A stretch of DNA of 58,913 nucleotides from a bacterium (GCA_013360215.1 JABWCP010000019.1:1-58913); one strand, 5' to 3'. Counted from the stretch's first letter, positions 41,408 through 53,057 are shown. Notes: generated by a model from the sequence alone, not told the origin. Program-made: numbers and translations.

Positions 41408-41983
41408 ATGGAACAACACCACGATACTATCGTGGGGGAGATTTGGAAACAATTGAGGGAAAATCCGACGTATTTTATCAGTAACATGGGTCGGGTAAAA
41501 AGTTTTAACTATGATAAAGTCAATGGCCGTATTCTGAAACCGCGTATCTCCGGTAAAGGCCATTATGTAGTCAGCTTCCGCAAGTACAACATCAAACAGA
41601 GCGTTTACATTCATCATCTCGTCGCGCGCTATTTTTTGCCGCCACCATCACCCGATCAGAAATTAGTTTTTCACATCAACGGCGATCATACCAATAATCA
41701 AGCGACCAACTTGATGTGGGGCACGCACAAAGATCATCTATTACGCTCTTCACAAAAAAATCCGCGCGTGCATTATTATTTCTTTGCAAATCGGGCATCG
41801 CGCTACGATACTAGCAAAATAACAGCCGCCGACGCCGAAGATATTCGCAAAATGCTTAAAAACGGCGTAACCGGACGTCGTATTGCCAAAATGTACGGTA
41901 TCAGCGAGATGCAGGTAACGCGCATTCGTCGTTTTGAAAATTGGAATCCCGATAAAAAGAATGTTCAACCTTTGGCATCGTAA
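41408..41983 (+). CDS. NUMOD4-HNH endonuclease-like protein with C-terminal HTH
   Basis: EIWK...YFISNMGRVKS (NUMOD4); HHLVARYFL...HINGDHTNNQATNLMW (HNH); IAKMYGISEMQVTRIR (HTH). Confidence 0.88.
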   Translation: MEQHHDTIVGEIWKQLRENPTYFISNMGRVKSFNYDKVNGRILKPRISGKGHYVVSFRKYNIKQSVYIHHLVARYFLPPPSPDQKLVFHINGDHTNNQATNLMWGTHKDHLLRSSQKNPRVHYYFFANRASRYDTSKITAADAEDIRKMLKNGVTGRRIAKMYGISEMQVTRIRRFENWNPDKKNVQPLAS

Positions 41984-42003
41984 GACAATATCTTACATTC
42001 GTT

Positions 42004-42035
42004 AAAAAGCGCGGTCGCATCCGCGCTTTTTTTTT
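42004..42035 (+). terminator. Rho-independent terminator, potentially bidirectional
   Basis: AAAAAGCGCGG-N6-CCGCGC-T9. Confidence 0.9.
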
Positions 42036-42111
42036 GCGTTGAAAATATGATCCCGTTTAGAGATACTCATTCACAACTTATTTGAAAACTAATACGCGAG
42101 CGATAAAATCC

Positions 42112-44772
42112 ATGATCGATATTCCTTTCGAAAAACACATTCTGGACAACGGATTGACTGTAATTTTACATGAAGATCACAAAGCACCCGTTGTCGCGGT
42201 GAATGTGTGGTATCATGTCGGATCTAAAAACGAAAAACCGGGTAAAACGGGTTTTGCGCATCTTTTTGAACATCTGATGTTCAACGGCAGCGAGCACATG
42301 GATGTGGATTATTTTCAGGTCATGGAAAATATCGGTGCCACGAATCTGAATGGTACCACCAACGAAGATCGCACCAATTACTTCCAAAACGTACCGGTAT
42401 CCGCATTGGATATAGCATTATGGATGGAGTCTGATCGTATGGGCCACATGGTCGGCGCGATCACGCAAGCCAAGCTTGACGAACAGCGCGGTGTGGTACA
42501 AAATGAAAAACGTCAGGGCGAAAATGAACCGTATGCCGTCGAAGAAGAATTGATCGTGCAAGCCACATGGCCGGTCGGTCATCCTTATTCATGGACCGTC
42601 ATAGGTTCTATGGAAGATCTGGATCATGCTTCGCTGGAGGATGTCCATGCTTGGTTTCGTAATTATTACGGCGCAGCCAATGCGGTGCTTGTCATCGCCG
42701 GCGCCATAGATCCCAAAGATGCTTTGGTACGCGCTAAAAAGTATTTTGGTGAAATACCCTCCGGGCCCCCCGTTTCACGATACAAATCATGGATCGCCCG
42801 TCGCAGCGGACACCAACGCGCTGAAACCCATGATCGTGTGCCGCTCGCCAAAATCACCAAAGTATGGAATATTCCGGAATGGGGCACGACCGAAGCTCAT
42901 CATTTGGATCTGATCAGCGATATCCTCGGCAGCGGAAAAAATTCACGTTTGTATAAACGTTTGGTATATGATGAAATGCTAGCCACCGATGTCAATGCGT
43001 ACGTGGATTTGCGTGAAATCGCAGGTCAATTTACCATCACGGCCAAAGCACGCCCCGGAATAGACATCACTCAATTGGAAAAGGCCATAGATGAAGAATT
43101 AGTCAAACTATGCACGGAGGGTCCTTCCGAAAAAGAACTCACACGTGTACGCACACAATTTTTTGCAGGATTTGTGCGCGGTATCGAACGTATCGGCGGA
43201 TTTGGCGGCAAATCGGATATATTGGCGCGTGGGGAAATTTTTAGCGGTAACCCTCAAGCCTACAAAAAAAACATGCGCGATGTCGAATCCGTTACAACGG
43301 AAATGCTTCGTGATACGGCCCGGCATTGGCTAAGCGACGGTGATTATACTTTGACAACCAAACCGTTCCCGGAATTCCGAATAACCGACGCCGCGGCAGA
43401 TCGCAATCGGTTGCCGGAAGCCGGTGTTCCGCCTGAAGTTCGTTTTCCGAAAATGGAACGTCATACTTTGGCCAATGGTCTTAAAATCATTTTAGTACCA
43501 CGGCATTCCGTTCCCGTTATCAATATGAGCCTCGTGCTTGATGCGGGATATGCGTCGGACGCTTTATCCATTCCCGGAACCGCAAGCCTTGCTATGGCCA
43601 TGCTTGATGAAGGTACAGCCGGCCGCTCCTCTCTCGAAATCAGCGAATCATTAGCCATGTTGGGCAGCACACTGACGACCGGTTCATCACTGGATGTCTC
43701 CACCGTCAATCTTTCTACTTTGAAAAATAATCTCTCGCCGTCGTTAGACATTTTTGCCGATGTGATTTGCCATCCTATGTTTCCTGAACAAGACTTCCTT
43801 CGTCTCCGTGAACAGCAGCGCGCCGGTATTCGTCAGGAAAAATCTTCACCCGTGCCGATGGCTTTGCGCGTATTACCGCAATTGCTCTACGGACCATCGC
43901 ACGCGTACGGCATACCTTTTACAGGCTCCGGTACGGAGTCGGCACTTGATCGCATCACGCGTGACGATTTAAAACGGTTTCATCAAACATGGTTTCATCC
44001 CAATCACGCCACGTTGATCGTGGTCGGCGATACCACAGCGGATGTAATAATACCATTGATTGAAAATAAATTGAAGGCATGGCAAAGCGGCACAACACCG
44101 CAAAAAAATGTAGTGTCGGTAAAGATACCCGATGCGCCTGTGGTATATCTGATGGACCGGCCGGGTTCACAACAGTCCACGATTTTTGCAGCACACATCG
44201 CGCCGCCGACTAATAATCCGGATGAAATCGCCATTCAAACGATGAATAATATTCTCGGCGGTGATTTTACTTCGCGTATCAATATGAATCTACGTGAGGA
44301 CAAACATTGGGCTTATGGCGCTTTCAGTTTTCTGTGGGACGCACGCGGGCAACGTCCGTTTATCGCCTATGCACCGGTACAAAGTGATAAAACCAAAGAA
44401 TCCGTCGCAGAAATACGAAAAGAAATATCCGATTTTATTACGATAAAGCCGCTGTCTGAAGAAGAGTTTATGAGAACACAATCCAATCAAGTACTGCAAC
44501 TGCCGGGTACTTGGGAAACGAATAACGCGGTATTAGGTTCGCTTCAGCAGTTAGTCCAGTACGGATTTAACGATGATTATTTTGATCATTACGCACAATC
44601 GATCCGAAATCTTTCATCCGCGGATGCCCGAAAGGCGGCGCAATCGTTATTGAAACCGGATCATCTTATTTGGGTGATCGTCGGTGATCGCAAACAAATC
44701 GAAAATGAAATTCGTTCCCTCAATATGGGTGTTATCCGATATATAGACAGCGACGGAAATGTATTAGAATAA
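42112..44772 (+). CDS. M16 family zinc peptidase (pitrilysin-like, duplicated architecture)
   Basis: GFAHLFEHLMF (HxxEH); second LANGL domain; LREDKHWAYG; start ATG 42112 or TTG 42082. Confidence 0.94.
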   Translation: MIDIPFEKHILDNGLTVILHEDHKAPVVAVNVWYHVGSKNEKPGKTGFAHLFEHLMFNGSEHMDVDYFQVMENIGATNLNGTTNEDRTNYFQNVPVSALDIALWMESDRMGHMVGAITQAKLDEQRGVVQNEKRQGENEPYAVEEELIVQATWPVGHPYSWTVIGSMEDLDHASLEDVHAWFRNYYGAANAVLVIAGAIDPKDALVRAKKYFGEIPSGPPVSRYKSWIARRSGHQRAETHDRVPLAKITKVWNIPEWGTTEAHHLDLISDILGSGKNSRLYKRLVYDEMLATDVNAYVDLREIAGQFTITAKARPGIDITQLEKAIDEELVKLCTEGPSEKELTRVRTQFFAGFVRGIERIGGFGGKSDILARGEIFSGNPQAYKKNMRDVESVTTEMLRDTARHWLSDGDYTLTTKPFPEFRITDAAADRNRLPEAGVPPEVRFPKMERHTLANGLKIILVPRHSVPVINMSLVLDAGYASDALSIPGTASLAMAMLDEGTAGRSSLEISESLAMLGSTLTTGSSLDVSTVNLSTLKNNLSPSLDIFADVICHPMFPEQDFLRLREQQRAGIRQEKSSPVPMALRVLPQLLYGPSHAYGIPFTGSGTESALDRITRDDLKRFHQTWFHPNHATLIVVGDTTADVIIPLIENKLKAWQSGTTPQKNVVSVKIPDAPVVYLMDRPGSQQSTIFAAHIAPPTNNPDEIAIQTMNNILGGDFTSRINMNLREDKHWAYGAFSFLWDARGQRPFIAYAPVQSDKTKESVAEIRKEISDFITIKPLSEEEFMRTQSNQVLQLPGTWETNNAVLGSLQQLVQYGFNDDYFDHYAQSIRNLSSADARKAAQSLLKPDHLIWVIVGDRKQIENEIRSLNMGVIRYIDSDGNVLE

Positions 44773-44790
44773 CACAAGCGGCTTTCTGTT

Positions 44791-45432
44791 TCATCCGACC
44801 GTTTGCATCATGCGTACGACAAACGGTTTGATACCGGCGAAGAAAAATTCGACGGCGATAACCATGATGATAAGGCCCATCAGGCGCATGAGGATTTTAT
44901 TTCCGGTTTCACCGAGAATATTTACGAAACGACTTGCGCCTAAAAGCCCGATCAAAGTGATCAGGCAGATGAGCAATATTACGCCGAGCAAAACAGCTTT
45001 CATTTCAAACGTCTTGGCATCTTCCATTAAAACGATGGACGTCGTGATCGCTCCGGGGCCGCAGATCATGGGGATTCCAAGCGGTGTGATCGATATATCT
45101 TCCACGTACGATTTGACCGATTCTTCGTCGATTTCGACACGGCTCAGGCGCGCCTGAAGCATCTCATATCCCATCATAAAAAATATCACGCCGCCGACCA
45201 CGCGAAAACTATCCACGGAAATTCCAAAAAATTTGAAAAGCAATTGCCCTGACAAAGCGAAGCCGACCATACTGATAAACGCCACCAGCACGGCCTTGCG
45301 AGCCGTGCTGTTCCGATGCGCGGCATCAAGATCCGCCGTCATCGTCAGAAAAACCGGCATCACACCCAGCGGATTGATCACTGAAAAAAAAGATGTAAAA
45401 CATAAAAGACCGAAAGCGATGAGTTCGTACAT
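44791..45432 (-). CDS. MarC family membrane protein
   Basis: INPLG, FGIS, PLGIPMICGPGAI and RLMGLI motifs. Confidence 0.92.
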   Translation of the reverse strand: MYELIAFGLLCFTSFFSVINPLGVMPVFLTMTADLDAAHRNSTARKAVLVAFISMVGFALSGQLLFKFFGISVDSFRVVGGVIFFMMGYEMLQARLSRVEIDEESVKSYVEDISITPLGIPMICGPGAITTSIVLMEDAKTFEMKAVLLGVILLICLITLIGLLGASRFVNILGETGNKILMRLMGLIIMVIAVEFFFAGIKPFVVRMMQTVG

Positions 45433-45468
45433 GCGGCAATAGCCTTTACGTTAATTTATTACAAGATG

Positions 45469-47148
45469 TTATTGCAAGCGTTCATCCAAAAACATCCAAT
45501 AGATGTTTTTATCTACATAAAAACGATCTTCTTCGATCTTAAAATCTCTCGGATCCAGGTTTTCCAATTTCATCATCTGCCATTCCGTCGTCGGCGTGAC
45601 CCATTCATACCGATCTTTAGTTGTCGTTACACGAATAGGCATACGAAAACTTTTAACATCCGCCGTCCAGCGGTATCGCATCGTCGTAGTCGAACCTTTT
45701 TTGAATAGCGCGACATCGAGTTTGGGCAACGCCTTGTGTTTGAGATATTGATCAAAAAAATAACCGTAATCCGTTCCGGTTTTCAGGCGAACGTAATTGA
45801 AGATAGAATCGGCATCTATCGTTTTGTAACGGTACGTATCCTGAATACCGCGTAATATTTCAAACCAAAGTTTATCATTATTGATTACGCTGCGCAGCGT
45901 GTTGAGCATCAGTCCGCCTTTGGGATACATATCGCCGGAGCCTTCTTTATTCACGCCCCGCGGACCGATGATCGGACGGTCATTTTTGACGAGCGTTTTA
46001 TTGGCATTGATATAGCGCAGAGACGTCGGATAATCGTACACACCTTCGAGATAAATCGTTTCGGCGTAATTTCCGAAACTTTCGTGAATCCACATATCGG
46101 CTAGATCATTGGAACCTACGGCGTTGCCCCACCATTCGTGCGCCGTTTCATGAATGATGATAAAGTCAAACAACAATCCTTCCGCCGCTTGCCCTGTGCC
46201 TTTGTAACCGTTGACGTAATTATTACCATACGCTACGGCGCTTTGATGCTCCATACCCAAATGCGGTGACTCGACTAATTTATATCCATCACGATAAAAC
46301 GCATATTTGCCGAACGATTTTTCAAACGCGTCCATCATACCTTTGACTTGAGCAAACTGTACTTTGGCTTTTTCGAGATTGTACGGCATGACATAATAAT
46401 CGCATGTCAGCTTCTGACCGTCGTAGGATGTATAGGTTTCTCCAAAATACGCAAATTTGCCCACATTGAATGTGACGTTATAATTATTAATGGGGTACGT
46501 AACGGCATAATCAAAACGCGTCCAACCGGAACCCATATCTTTTTGTTTTCGCAAGCGACCATTAGAAACATTGGTAAGGCCTTTGGGTACGGTAATGCTG
46601 ATGAGCATACTGTCGGGTTCGTCCGACTGGTGATCCTTATTGGGCCACCAACTGCTGGCGCCGAAGCCCTGGCATGCGACAGCAATCCACGGATTTCCCG
46701 ATTTGTCACGCGACCAGATAAATCCACCATCCCAGGGCGGGTTTTTAGCAACAATGGGTGTGCCCGAATAAAACACGGTAAAGCTTTGTCGAGAGTTTTT
46801 GCGAATCGTCTCAGGAAATTCTACGAATACGGCATTGAACTCACGAGAAAACTTAAGTTTTTTTCCTTTCCATTCGATCCGATCAATCGTGTAATGATCG
46901 AACAAATCAATTTGTAATCGGGTAAAATCCTGCATTGCGACCAACGTGATCATATTGCTTCCGCTGATACGGCGTGTAACGGTATCTATTTTTACATCCA
47001 GAGCATAATGCGTCACATCAAAACATGTTCGCAGCGGCGTCAGCATACCACGCAACGAATCCGCACGGGTTACGGTTTCATCGTTATCCAAAACTTGCGC
47101 GTACAATGAACAACTTATCGTAAGAAAAATAGTTATTAAACTTCGCAT
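45469..47148 (-). CDS. M1 family aminopeptidase, exported
   Basis: GMEH and HETAHEWWGN...WIHESF motifs; signal peptide. Confidence 0.93.
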   Translation of the reverse strand: MRSLITIFLTISCSLYAQVLDNDETVTRADSLRGMLTPLRTCFDVTHYALDVKIDTVTRRISGSNMITLVAMQDFTRLQIDLFDHYTIDRIEWKGKKLKFSREFNAVFVEFPETIRKNSRQSFTVFYSGTPIVAKNPPWDGGFIWSRDKSGNPWIAVACQGFGASSWWPNKDHQSDEPDSMLISITVPKGLTNVSNGRLRKQKDMGSGWTRFDYAVTYPINNYNVTFNVGKFAYFGETYTSYDGQKLTCDYYVMPYNLEKAKVQFAQVKGMMDAFEKSFGKYAFYRDGYKLVESPHLGMEHQSAVAYGNNYVNGYKGTGQAAEGLLFDFIIIHETAHEWWGNAVGSNDLADMWIHESFGNYAETIYLEGVYDYPTSLRYINANKTLVKNDRPIIGPRGVNKEGSGDMYPKGGLMLNTLRSVINNDKLWFEILRGIQDTYRYKTIDADSIFNYVRLKTGTDYGYFFDQYLKHKALPKLDVALFKKGSTTTMRYRWTADVKSFRMPIRVTTTKDRYEWVTPTTEWQMMKLENLDPRDFKIEEDRFYVDKNIYWMFLDERLQ

Positions 47149-47185
47149 AACGTTTTTCCTTTGGTATGTGATGATTAAAAAAAAA

Positions 47186-48601
47186 TCATATTTTTTGCAG
47201 TTTCCAATGTCCTTTTCTAAACATAATCACGCTTACGACAGTCGCAACCGATTCCGCAATCGGTATAGCGGCAAACACACCCTGCGCACCGAATCCGTAG
47301 ATAACCGCTAAAACATACGCCAAAGGAATTTGGAACATCCAATAACAACCGAGATTGATCCACGTGGGTGTGCGTGTATCGCCGGCACCGTTAAATGCCT
47401 GCACCATCACCATACCGCAGGCATACACGACGTAACCGTAGCTAATGATGCGTAAACAATCCACGGCGTAATAAACGACCTGCGGATCATCGGTAAACCA
47501 AGCGATGATCATCTCTGCAAATGAAATAAAAAGGATTGCCACAACACCGAGAAAGAACATATTCGCGCGCGCCGTGAACCACACCGCACGTTCGGCACGA
47601 TCGGGCTTTTGAGCGCCGAGATTTTGACCGACCAGCGTCGCGGCGGCGTTACTCATACCCCAGGACGGCATGATGGCAAAAATAATCACGCGTATGGCGA
47701 TAGTGTAACCGGCCAAAGCCGCGCTGCCTGACATTGCTACGATACGTACGAGCCCAAGCCAGCTTGCTGTCGTAATAAAAAATTGGAAAATACCTCCCAC
47801 CGATACTTTGATCAGGTTCCACAAAACTTCGGGATCCAATCGCATCACGGCCGGCGAAAAAACAAGTCGCCGTTTTCCATAAATCAGAATGTATAACTGA
47901 AACAACACACCCACGCCGCGACCGATATTGGTTGCTATGGCCGCGCCGGTAACACCCATGGCCGGCACGGGACCAAAACCAAAAATAAAAATCGGATCGA
48001 GGATCATATTGAGCAAATTGGCAACCCACAAAGCATGCATGGCTGTGACAGCATCACCCGCGCCGCGAAAAATAGCGTTATTCAGAAAAAGCAAAACAAT
48101 GGTGAGATTGCCGCCGATCATCCATACGGCATAACCGGTTCCGTTTTCGATGATACCGGCCGAAGCGCCCATTTGCTCCAAAAGCCAAGGCGTCATCGTC
48201 AGTCCGATCACGCTGACCGGTAAGGAAACGGCCACGCCGATCAGTACGGCCTGAAAACCCGCTATGGAAGCCGCTTCGGGGTTGTGTTCCCCGATACGCC
48301 GAGCAACCATGGCCGTCGTCGCCATGCTCAGGCCGATCGCCACGGCAAAAATAATTGTCAGCATGGATTCGGTTAACCCGACGGATGCTACCGCATCCGG
48401 GCCAAGCCGACTGACAAAATACACGTCCACAATACCGAACAGCGATTCCATAAACATTTCCAAAACCATCGGTATGGATAAAAGTGTAATCGCTTTTCCG
48501 AGACTGCCTTCCGTATAATCGTGTTCGGTGCCACGAATGCCGTCGAGAATATGACTGAAAAACGTTTTAATCGAAAATTTTTCGGGTGTCGTAGTGGACA
48601 T
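47186..48601 (-). CDS. MATE family efflux transporter
   Basis: FRGAGD, NMILDPIFIFG, GVTGAAIAT and GQNLGA motifs; about 12 TM helices; ATG at 48601. Confidence 0.93.
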   Translation of the reverse strand: MSTTTPEKFSIKTFFSHILDGIRGTEHDYTEGSLGKAITLLSIPMVLEMFMESLFGIVDVYFVSRLGPDAVASVGLTESMLTIIFAVAIGLSMATTAMVARRIGEHNPEAASIAGFQAVLIGVAVSLPVSVIGLTMTPWLLEQMGASAGIIENGTGYAVWMIGGNLTIVLLFLNNAIFRGAGDAVTAMHALWVANLLNMILDPIFIFGFGPVPAMGVTGAAIATNIGRGVGVLFQLYILIYGKRRLVFSPAVMRLDPEVLWNLIKVSVGGIFQFFITTASWLGLVRIVAMSGSAALAGYTIAIRVIIFAIMPSWGMSNAAATLVGQNLGAQKPDRAERAVWFTARANMFFLGVVAILFISFAEMIIAWFTDDPQVVYYAVDCLRIISYGYVVYACGMVMVQAFNGAGDTRTPTWINLGCYWMFQIPLAYVLAVIYGFGAQGVFAAIPIAESVATVVSVIMFRKGHWKLQKI

Positions 48602-48728
48602 AGTGTGCGTCAATAATAATTAATGAAATAGGTTTCTGAGTCCGGATAAATAAAAGACAGGCCTCGCGTTGTACGAACCGATCAAAATGATGTTCCACAG
48701 AATGACGTGAATTTATTGATCTGTAGAT

Positions 48729-48830
48729 AAAATAAAAAAGGCTGCATCATAAGCTACGACATATCGCTGTGTATTTTTCGGCATGATGTACAAACCGCTG
48801 CGATCGTATTCGTAAACTTTTGATACAGCC
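48729..48830 (-). terminator. Long hairpin with U-tract downstream of aconitase (terminator or MITE-like element)
   Basis: Minus strand GGCTGTATCAAAAG...CTTATGATGCAGCC plus inner stems, then TTTTTTATTTT. Confidence 0.7.
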
Positions 48831-48850
48831 CGGTAAGGGAAATGAAAAGT

Positions 48851-51319
48851 CTATCGCTTCCGTGAGTTTTTTTTCACGGGTTTACGGTTTGTTTTCTTTG
48901 TCGCTTTTTTGACTGTTTTTTTAACGGCCTTTTTTACCTTTTTTGTAGCGGCCGCTTTTTTGGGAGCGACTTTGGCGCTTTTTTTGGTTTTGGTCTTCGC
49001 TTTCGCTTTTTTAATTACCGTTTTTTTCTTGGCTGCTTTTTTGGTTTTAGTTGCCGTTTTTTTACGCGACGAAGCGGCCGTTTTGCCGCCTATCAGATTG
49101 AGTGCGCTACCGGCTTTGAACCAACCGATCTGTTGCGCGTTATACGAATGGTTGAGTTCGATCGTCTCCACGGAACCGTCGCTATGTTTAATGTCCATCG
49201 TCAGCGGCACACCCGGTGTAAACGCCGTCAAACCACGGATCGCCAAGCGATCGTCTTCACGAATTTTATCATAGTCCGCCGGGTTTTTAAATGTCAACGC
49301 CAGCATACCTTGTTTTTTGAGATTCGTTTCGTGGATGCGTGCAAACGATTTGACGATGATGGCGCGACCGCCCAAGAAACGCGGTTCCATCGCCGCATGT
49401 TCGCGGCTTGATCCTTCACCGTAATTTTCGTCGCCGATAGTTATCCAGCTAATGCTCTGGGATTTATAATACCGCGCGTTATCGGAATAACCTTTGGTTT
49501 CGCCGGTAATCACATTTTTACCTTTGCCGGCTTCACCGGTAAATGCATTAACGGCACCGATAAACATGTTGTTGGAAATATTATCCAAGTGCCCGCGGAA
49601 TTTGAGCCACGGCCCAGCGGGCGAAATATGATCCGTCGTACATTTGCCTTTGGCTTTGAGAAGTACCACGGCATTTTCGATATCGCGACCATCCCATGCC
49701 GTAAAAGGACTCAACGCCTGCAAACGTGAGCTCGCGGGATCAATGATCACCTGCACTTTGGAACCGTCTTTTGCCGGTGTGACATAACCACTCTCTCCGG
49801 GCGTAAATCCGTTGCGCGGCAATTCATCACCGTCGGGCGGCAATAAGCGAATTTGCTGACCCTCCGCATTGGTGATCGTGTCTGTCATCGGATTAAAGCT
49901 CAGGCGTCCTGCGATGGCCAGTGCCGTTACTATTTCCGGGCTGGCAACAAATGCATGGGTACCGGAATTACCGTCATTGCGGGCTTTGAAATTACGATTG
50001 TACGATGTGACGATAGTATTCGGATCGCCCTCACTGACACCATGGCGTTTCCACTGGCCGATGCACGGACCGCAGGCATTGGCTAAAACTTTACCGCCGA
50101 TTTTAGCGAAATCTTCCAATTGACCGTCGCGTTCGATCGTCGCACGAATCTGCTCGGAACCCGGTGTGATCACAAATTCGGCTTTGGCTTTAAGACCGTG
50201 TTGCGAAGCGATGCGCGCTAAACTGGCCGAACGTTCGATATCTTCGTACGATGAATTGGTACACGAACCGATCAATGCCACACGGATTTCATCCGGGTAA
50301 TTATTATCGGCAACGGCTTGTTTCAATTCAGAAATTTTCCATGCTTTGTCCGGTGTAAAAGGCCCGTTAACATGCGGCTCCAATTCGCTCAGATTGATTT
50401 CGATGACTTCATCGTAATACGCTTCCGAACCTTCGTCGGCGGTAAGTAACGCGGCGTACTGATCCGCCAGTTTGGCGACGGCTGCGCGCTCCGTCGAACG
50501 AAGATACGCCGCCATACGCGTGTCATAGGGAAAAATAGAAGTGGTCGCGCCGATTTCCGCACCCATATTACAAATCGTTCCTTTACCGGTACATGAAATG
50601 GATGCCGTGCCGGGACCAAAATATTCGACGATTTTCCCGGTGCCGCCTTTGACAGTCAGAATACCGGCTAATTTGAGAATCACGTCTTTGGGTGAAGTCC
50701 ATCCGCTGAGCGAACCCGTGAGTTTGACACCGGTAATGCCGGGCCATTTGAGTTCCCACGGCAATCCCGCCATGACATCCACGGCATCCGCACCGCCGAC
50801 ACCGATAGCGATCATGCCAAGGCCGCCGGCATTGGGTGTGTGCGAATCCGTGCCGATCATCATACCGCCGGGAAACGCATAATTTTCAAGCACGACTTGA
50901 TGGATAATACCTGCGCCGGGTTTCCAAAAGCCGATACCGTATTTATTGGAGACGCTGGCCAAAAAATCATACACTTCTTTGTTATCACTATTGGCTTTTT
51001 TCAAATCGTCCGCCGCACCGACTTCGGCTTGTATCAGGTGGTCGCAGTGCACCGTGGAAGGCACGGCCACTTTGGCTTTGCCGGAAGACATAAACTGAAG
51101 CAACGCCATTTGTGCGGTCGCATCCTGCATGGCTACACGATCGGGTGCAAGATCTACGTAATCTTTGAACCGTGCGGGCGCGGCTTTGGGGTTTTCCGCA
51201 AAATGGGAAACGAGAATTTTTTCCGTCAGCGTGAGCGGACGTCCGAAAAGTTTGCGTGCGCGGTCTTGTTTGGCCTTCATGCCGGCATATACGCGCTTTA
51301 TCATATCGAGATCAAACAT
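48851..51319 (-). CDS. Aconitate hydratase (mitochondrial-type) with Lys/Ala-rich C-terminal tail
   Basis: [38 protein letters not shown] and GSSREHAA motifs. Confidence 0.96.
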   Translation of the reverse strand: MFDLDMIKRVYAGMKAKQDRARKLFGRPLTLTEKILVSHFAENPKAAPARFKDYVDLAPDRVAMQDATAQMALLQFMSSGKAKVAVPSTVHCDHLIQAEVGAADDLKKANSDNKEVYDFLASVSNKYGIGFWKPGAGIIHQVVLENYAFPGGMMIGTDSHTPNAGGLGMIAIGVGGADAVDVMAGLPWELKWPGITGVKLTGSLSGWTSPKDVILKLAGILTVKGGTGKIVEYFGPGTASISCTGKGTICNMGAEIGATTSIFPYDTRMAAYLRSTERAAVAKLADQYAALLTADEGSEAYYDEVIEINLSELEPHVNGPFTPDKAWKISELKQAVADNNYPDEIRVALIGSCTNSSYEDIERSASLARIASQHGLKAKAEFVITPGSEQIRATIERDGQLEDFAKIGGKVLANACGPCIGQWKRHGVSEGDPNTIVTSYNRNFKARNDGNSGTHAFVASPEIVTALAIAGRLSFNPMTDTITNAEGQQIRLLPPDGDELPRNGFTPGESGYVTPAKDGSKVQVIIDPASSRLQALSPFTAWDGRDIENAVVLLKAKGKCTTDHISPAGPWLKFRGHLDNISNNMFIGAVNAFTGEAGKGKNVITGETKGYSDNARYYKSQSISWITIGDENYGEGSSREHAAMEPRFLGGRAIIVKSFARIHETNLKKQGMLALTFKNPADYDKIREDDRLAIRGLTAFTPGVPLTMDIKHSDGSVETIELNHSYNAQQIGWFKAGSALNLIGGKTAASSRKKTATKTKKAAKKKTVIKKAKAKTKTKKSAKVAPKKAAATKKVKKAVKKTVKKATKKTNRKPVKKNSRKR

Positions 51320-51633
51320 GGCAGTAAAACTCCTTGATCATAATTCTATGTACATAAAAGTAGAAAGATTGCTCTGAATTGGCTGATGCATTATTAGTCG
51401 GTGAGTTATTCATGCGAGCGCAAAATACATAACTTAGAAAGTTTACGCAAGGGAATATCTCGAATTTTGCTCCCGATGAAGATTTTTTTATCGTCAACAG
51501 ACTTTATGTAACGGCTTGGAAATCATCTCGCATTACGCAGGTAGATGGCAACTTGATGCCATATCTTCATAATTCTTATTCCGCCTTGCAACGCATATTT
51601 CAAATTGCGATATTAAAAAAAGTAAAGGATATC

Positions 51634-52878
51634 ATGAATATACTAGTTCTCAACAGCGGCAGTTCTTCCGTAAAATTTCAGGTCATCAATACGGACCTCA
51701 CGCAGATCCGCGACAATGCGGATACACGCCTTGCCTCGGGTATCATCGAACGTATCGGCAGCGAATCCATCATTTCGTTTAAAGCCGAAGGCCAACCTAC
51801 GCTCAAACAAACCGCACCGATGCGCGATCATAAGATGGCCGTCGATAAAATCGTCAAATGGATTATTGGGAAAGATACAAAAATAAACGGCATCAACGGC
51901 TTATCCGATATCCACGCCGTAGGTCATCGCGTGGTGCATGGCGGTGAAAAATTTACCCGCTCGATTTTGCTCAACGAACAAATCATCCAAGAGATCGAAG
52001 ATTGTATTGAACTGGCGCCCCTGCACAATCCGGCTAACCTCAAAGGCATTTATGCGGTTACCGAAATTTTCGGCGCAGGCATCCCGCAAGTGGCAGTATT
52101 TGATACGGCATTTCACCACACGATCCCCGAAGAAGCTTATCTCTATGCTATTCCGTATCAGTTTTACCGCCGCTACAAAGTGCGCCGGTATGGCTTTCAC
52201 GGTACGTCCCACCGTTATGTCGCGTATCGTTACAGGACATTGACGGGGCAAGCCAAAGAGCAGGTCCACATCATGACACTGCATTTGGGTAACGGCGCCT
52301 CCATTTGCGCCATCCGTGGCGGAAAATCCGTGGACACATCCATGGGTCTGACACCACTGGAAGGACTTGTTATGGGAACGCGTTCAGGTGATATTGATCC
52401 GGCTGTATTGGAGTTCCTCTCCCATAAAGAAGGATATTCGCTGCAGGAAATCGAATCCGTACTCAATAAACAATCCGGTTTGCTCGGGATCTCAGGTCTT
52501 ACCAACGATATGCGTGACATCATCGCGGAAGCGAAAGAAAATGATGATCGCCGCGCTAAACTTGCCATCGAAATATATTGTTATCGCATTCGCAAATATA
52601 TCGGAGCATACTGTGCGGCCGTCGGAAAACCCGAAGCTTTAGTATTTGCCGGCGGCATCGGTGAAAATTCGGCGTATATTCGCGAAAGTATTTGTAAAGG
52701 CATGGAGTTTTTTGGATTAACGCTCGATCCCCATCTTAATGCCGCAACCGTCGGCGGTAAAGAAGGTGTCATCTCTTCGCCGGATGCACACCTCAAAACA
52801 TGGGTCATCCCCACCAACGAGGAACTGCTCATCGCGCGAGATACGGTGCGTTGCGTAGAAAAGGCACCGCTGCCGTGA
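51634..52878 (+). CDS. ackA: Acetate kinase
   Basis: [32 protein letters not shown] and PTNEE motifs; AAGGA RBS before ATG 51634. Confidence 0.97.
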   Translation: MNILVLNSGSSSVKFQVINTDLTQIRDNADTRLASGIIERIGSESIISFKAEGQPTLKQTAPMRDHKMAVDKIVKWIIGKDTKINGINGLSDIHAVGHRVVHGGEKFTRSILLNEQIIQEIEDCIELAPLHNPANLKGIYAVTEIFGAGIPQVAVFDTAFHHTIPEEAYLYAIPYQFYRRYKVRRYGFHGTSHRYVAYRYRTLTGQAKEQVHIMTLHLGNGASICAIRGGKSVDTSMGLTPLEGLVMGTRSGDIDPAVLEFLSHKEGYSLQEIESVLNKQSGLLGISGLTNDMRDIIAEAKENDDRRAKLAIEIYCYRIRKYIGAYCAAVGKPEALVFAGGIGENSAYIRESICKGMEFFGLTLDPHLNAATVGGKEGVISSPDAHLKTWVIPTNEELLIARDTVRCVEKAPLP

Positions 52879-53057
52879 TAGTTGAGTGACTTTCGCAACG
52901 AAATAACGCGAAAAACAGACACTGCGTTTGTATTCATTGTTTTTTTTAAATTGAATAGCAAGCGTAAGACCCCTGGCTCAAATAACCTGACACCTCATTC
53001 CGCAAAGACTGGGCTTGATTTTAGGGTAATAAATAAGGAAATTCGCCCGTATCCAAT

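Noticed and set aside
41408-41983. Prophage or group I intron around the HNH gene
   Set aside because: Flanking peptidase genes are intact and no phage genes or intron core were seen
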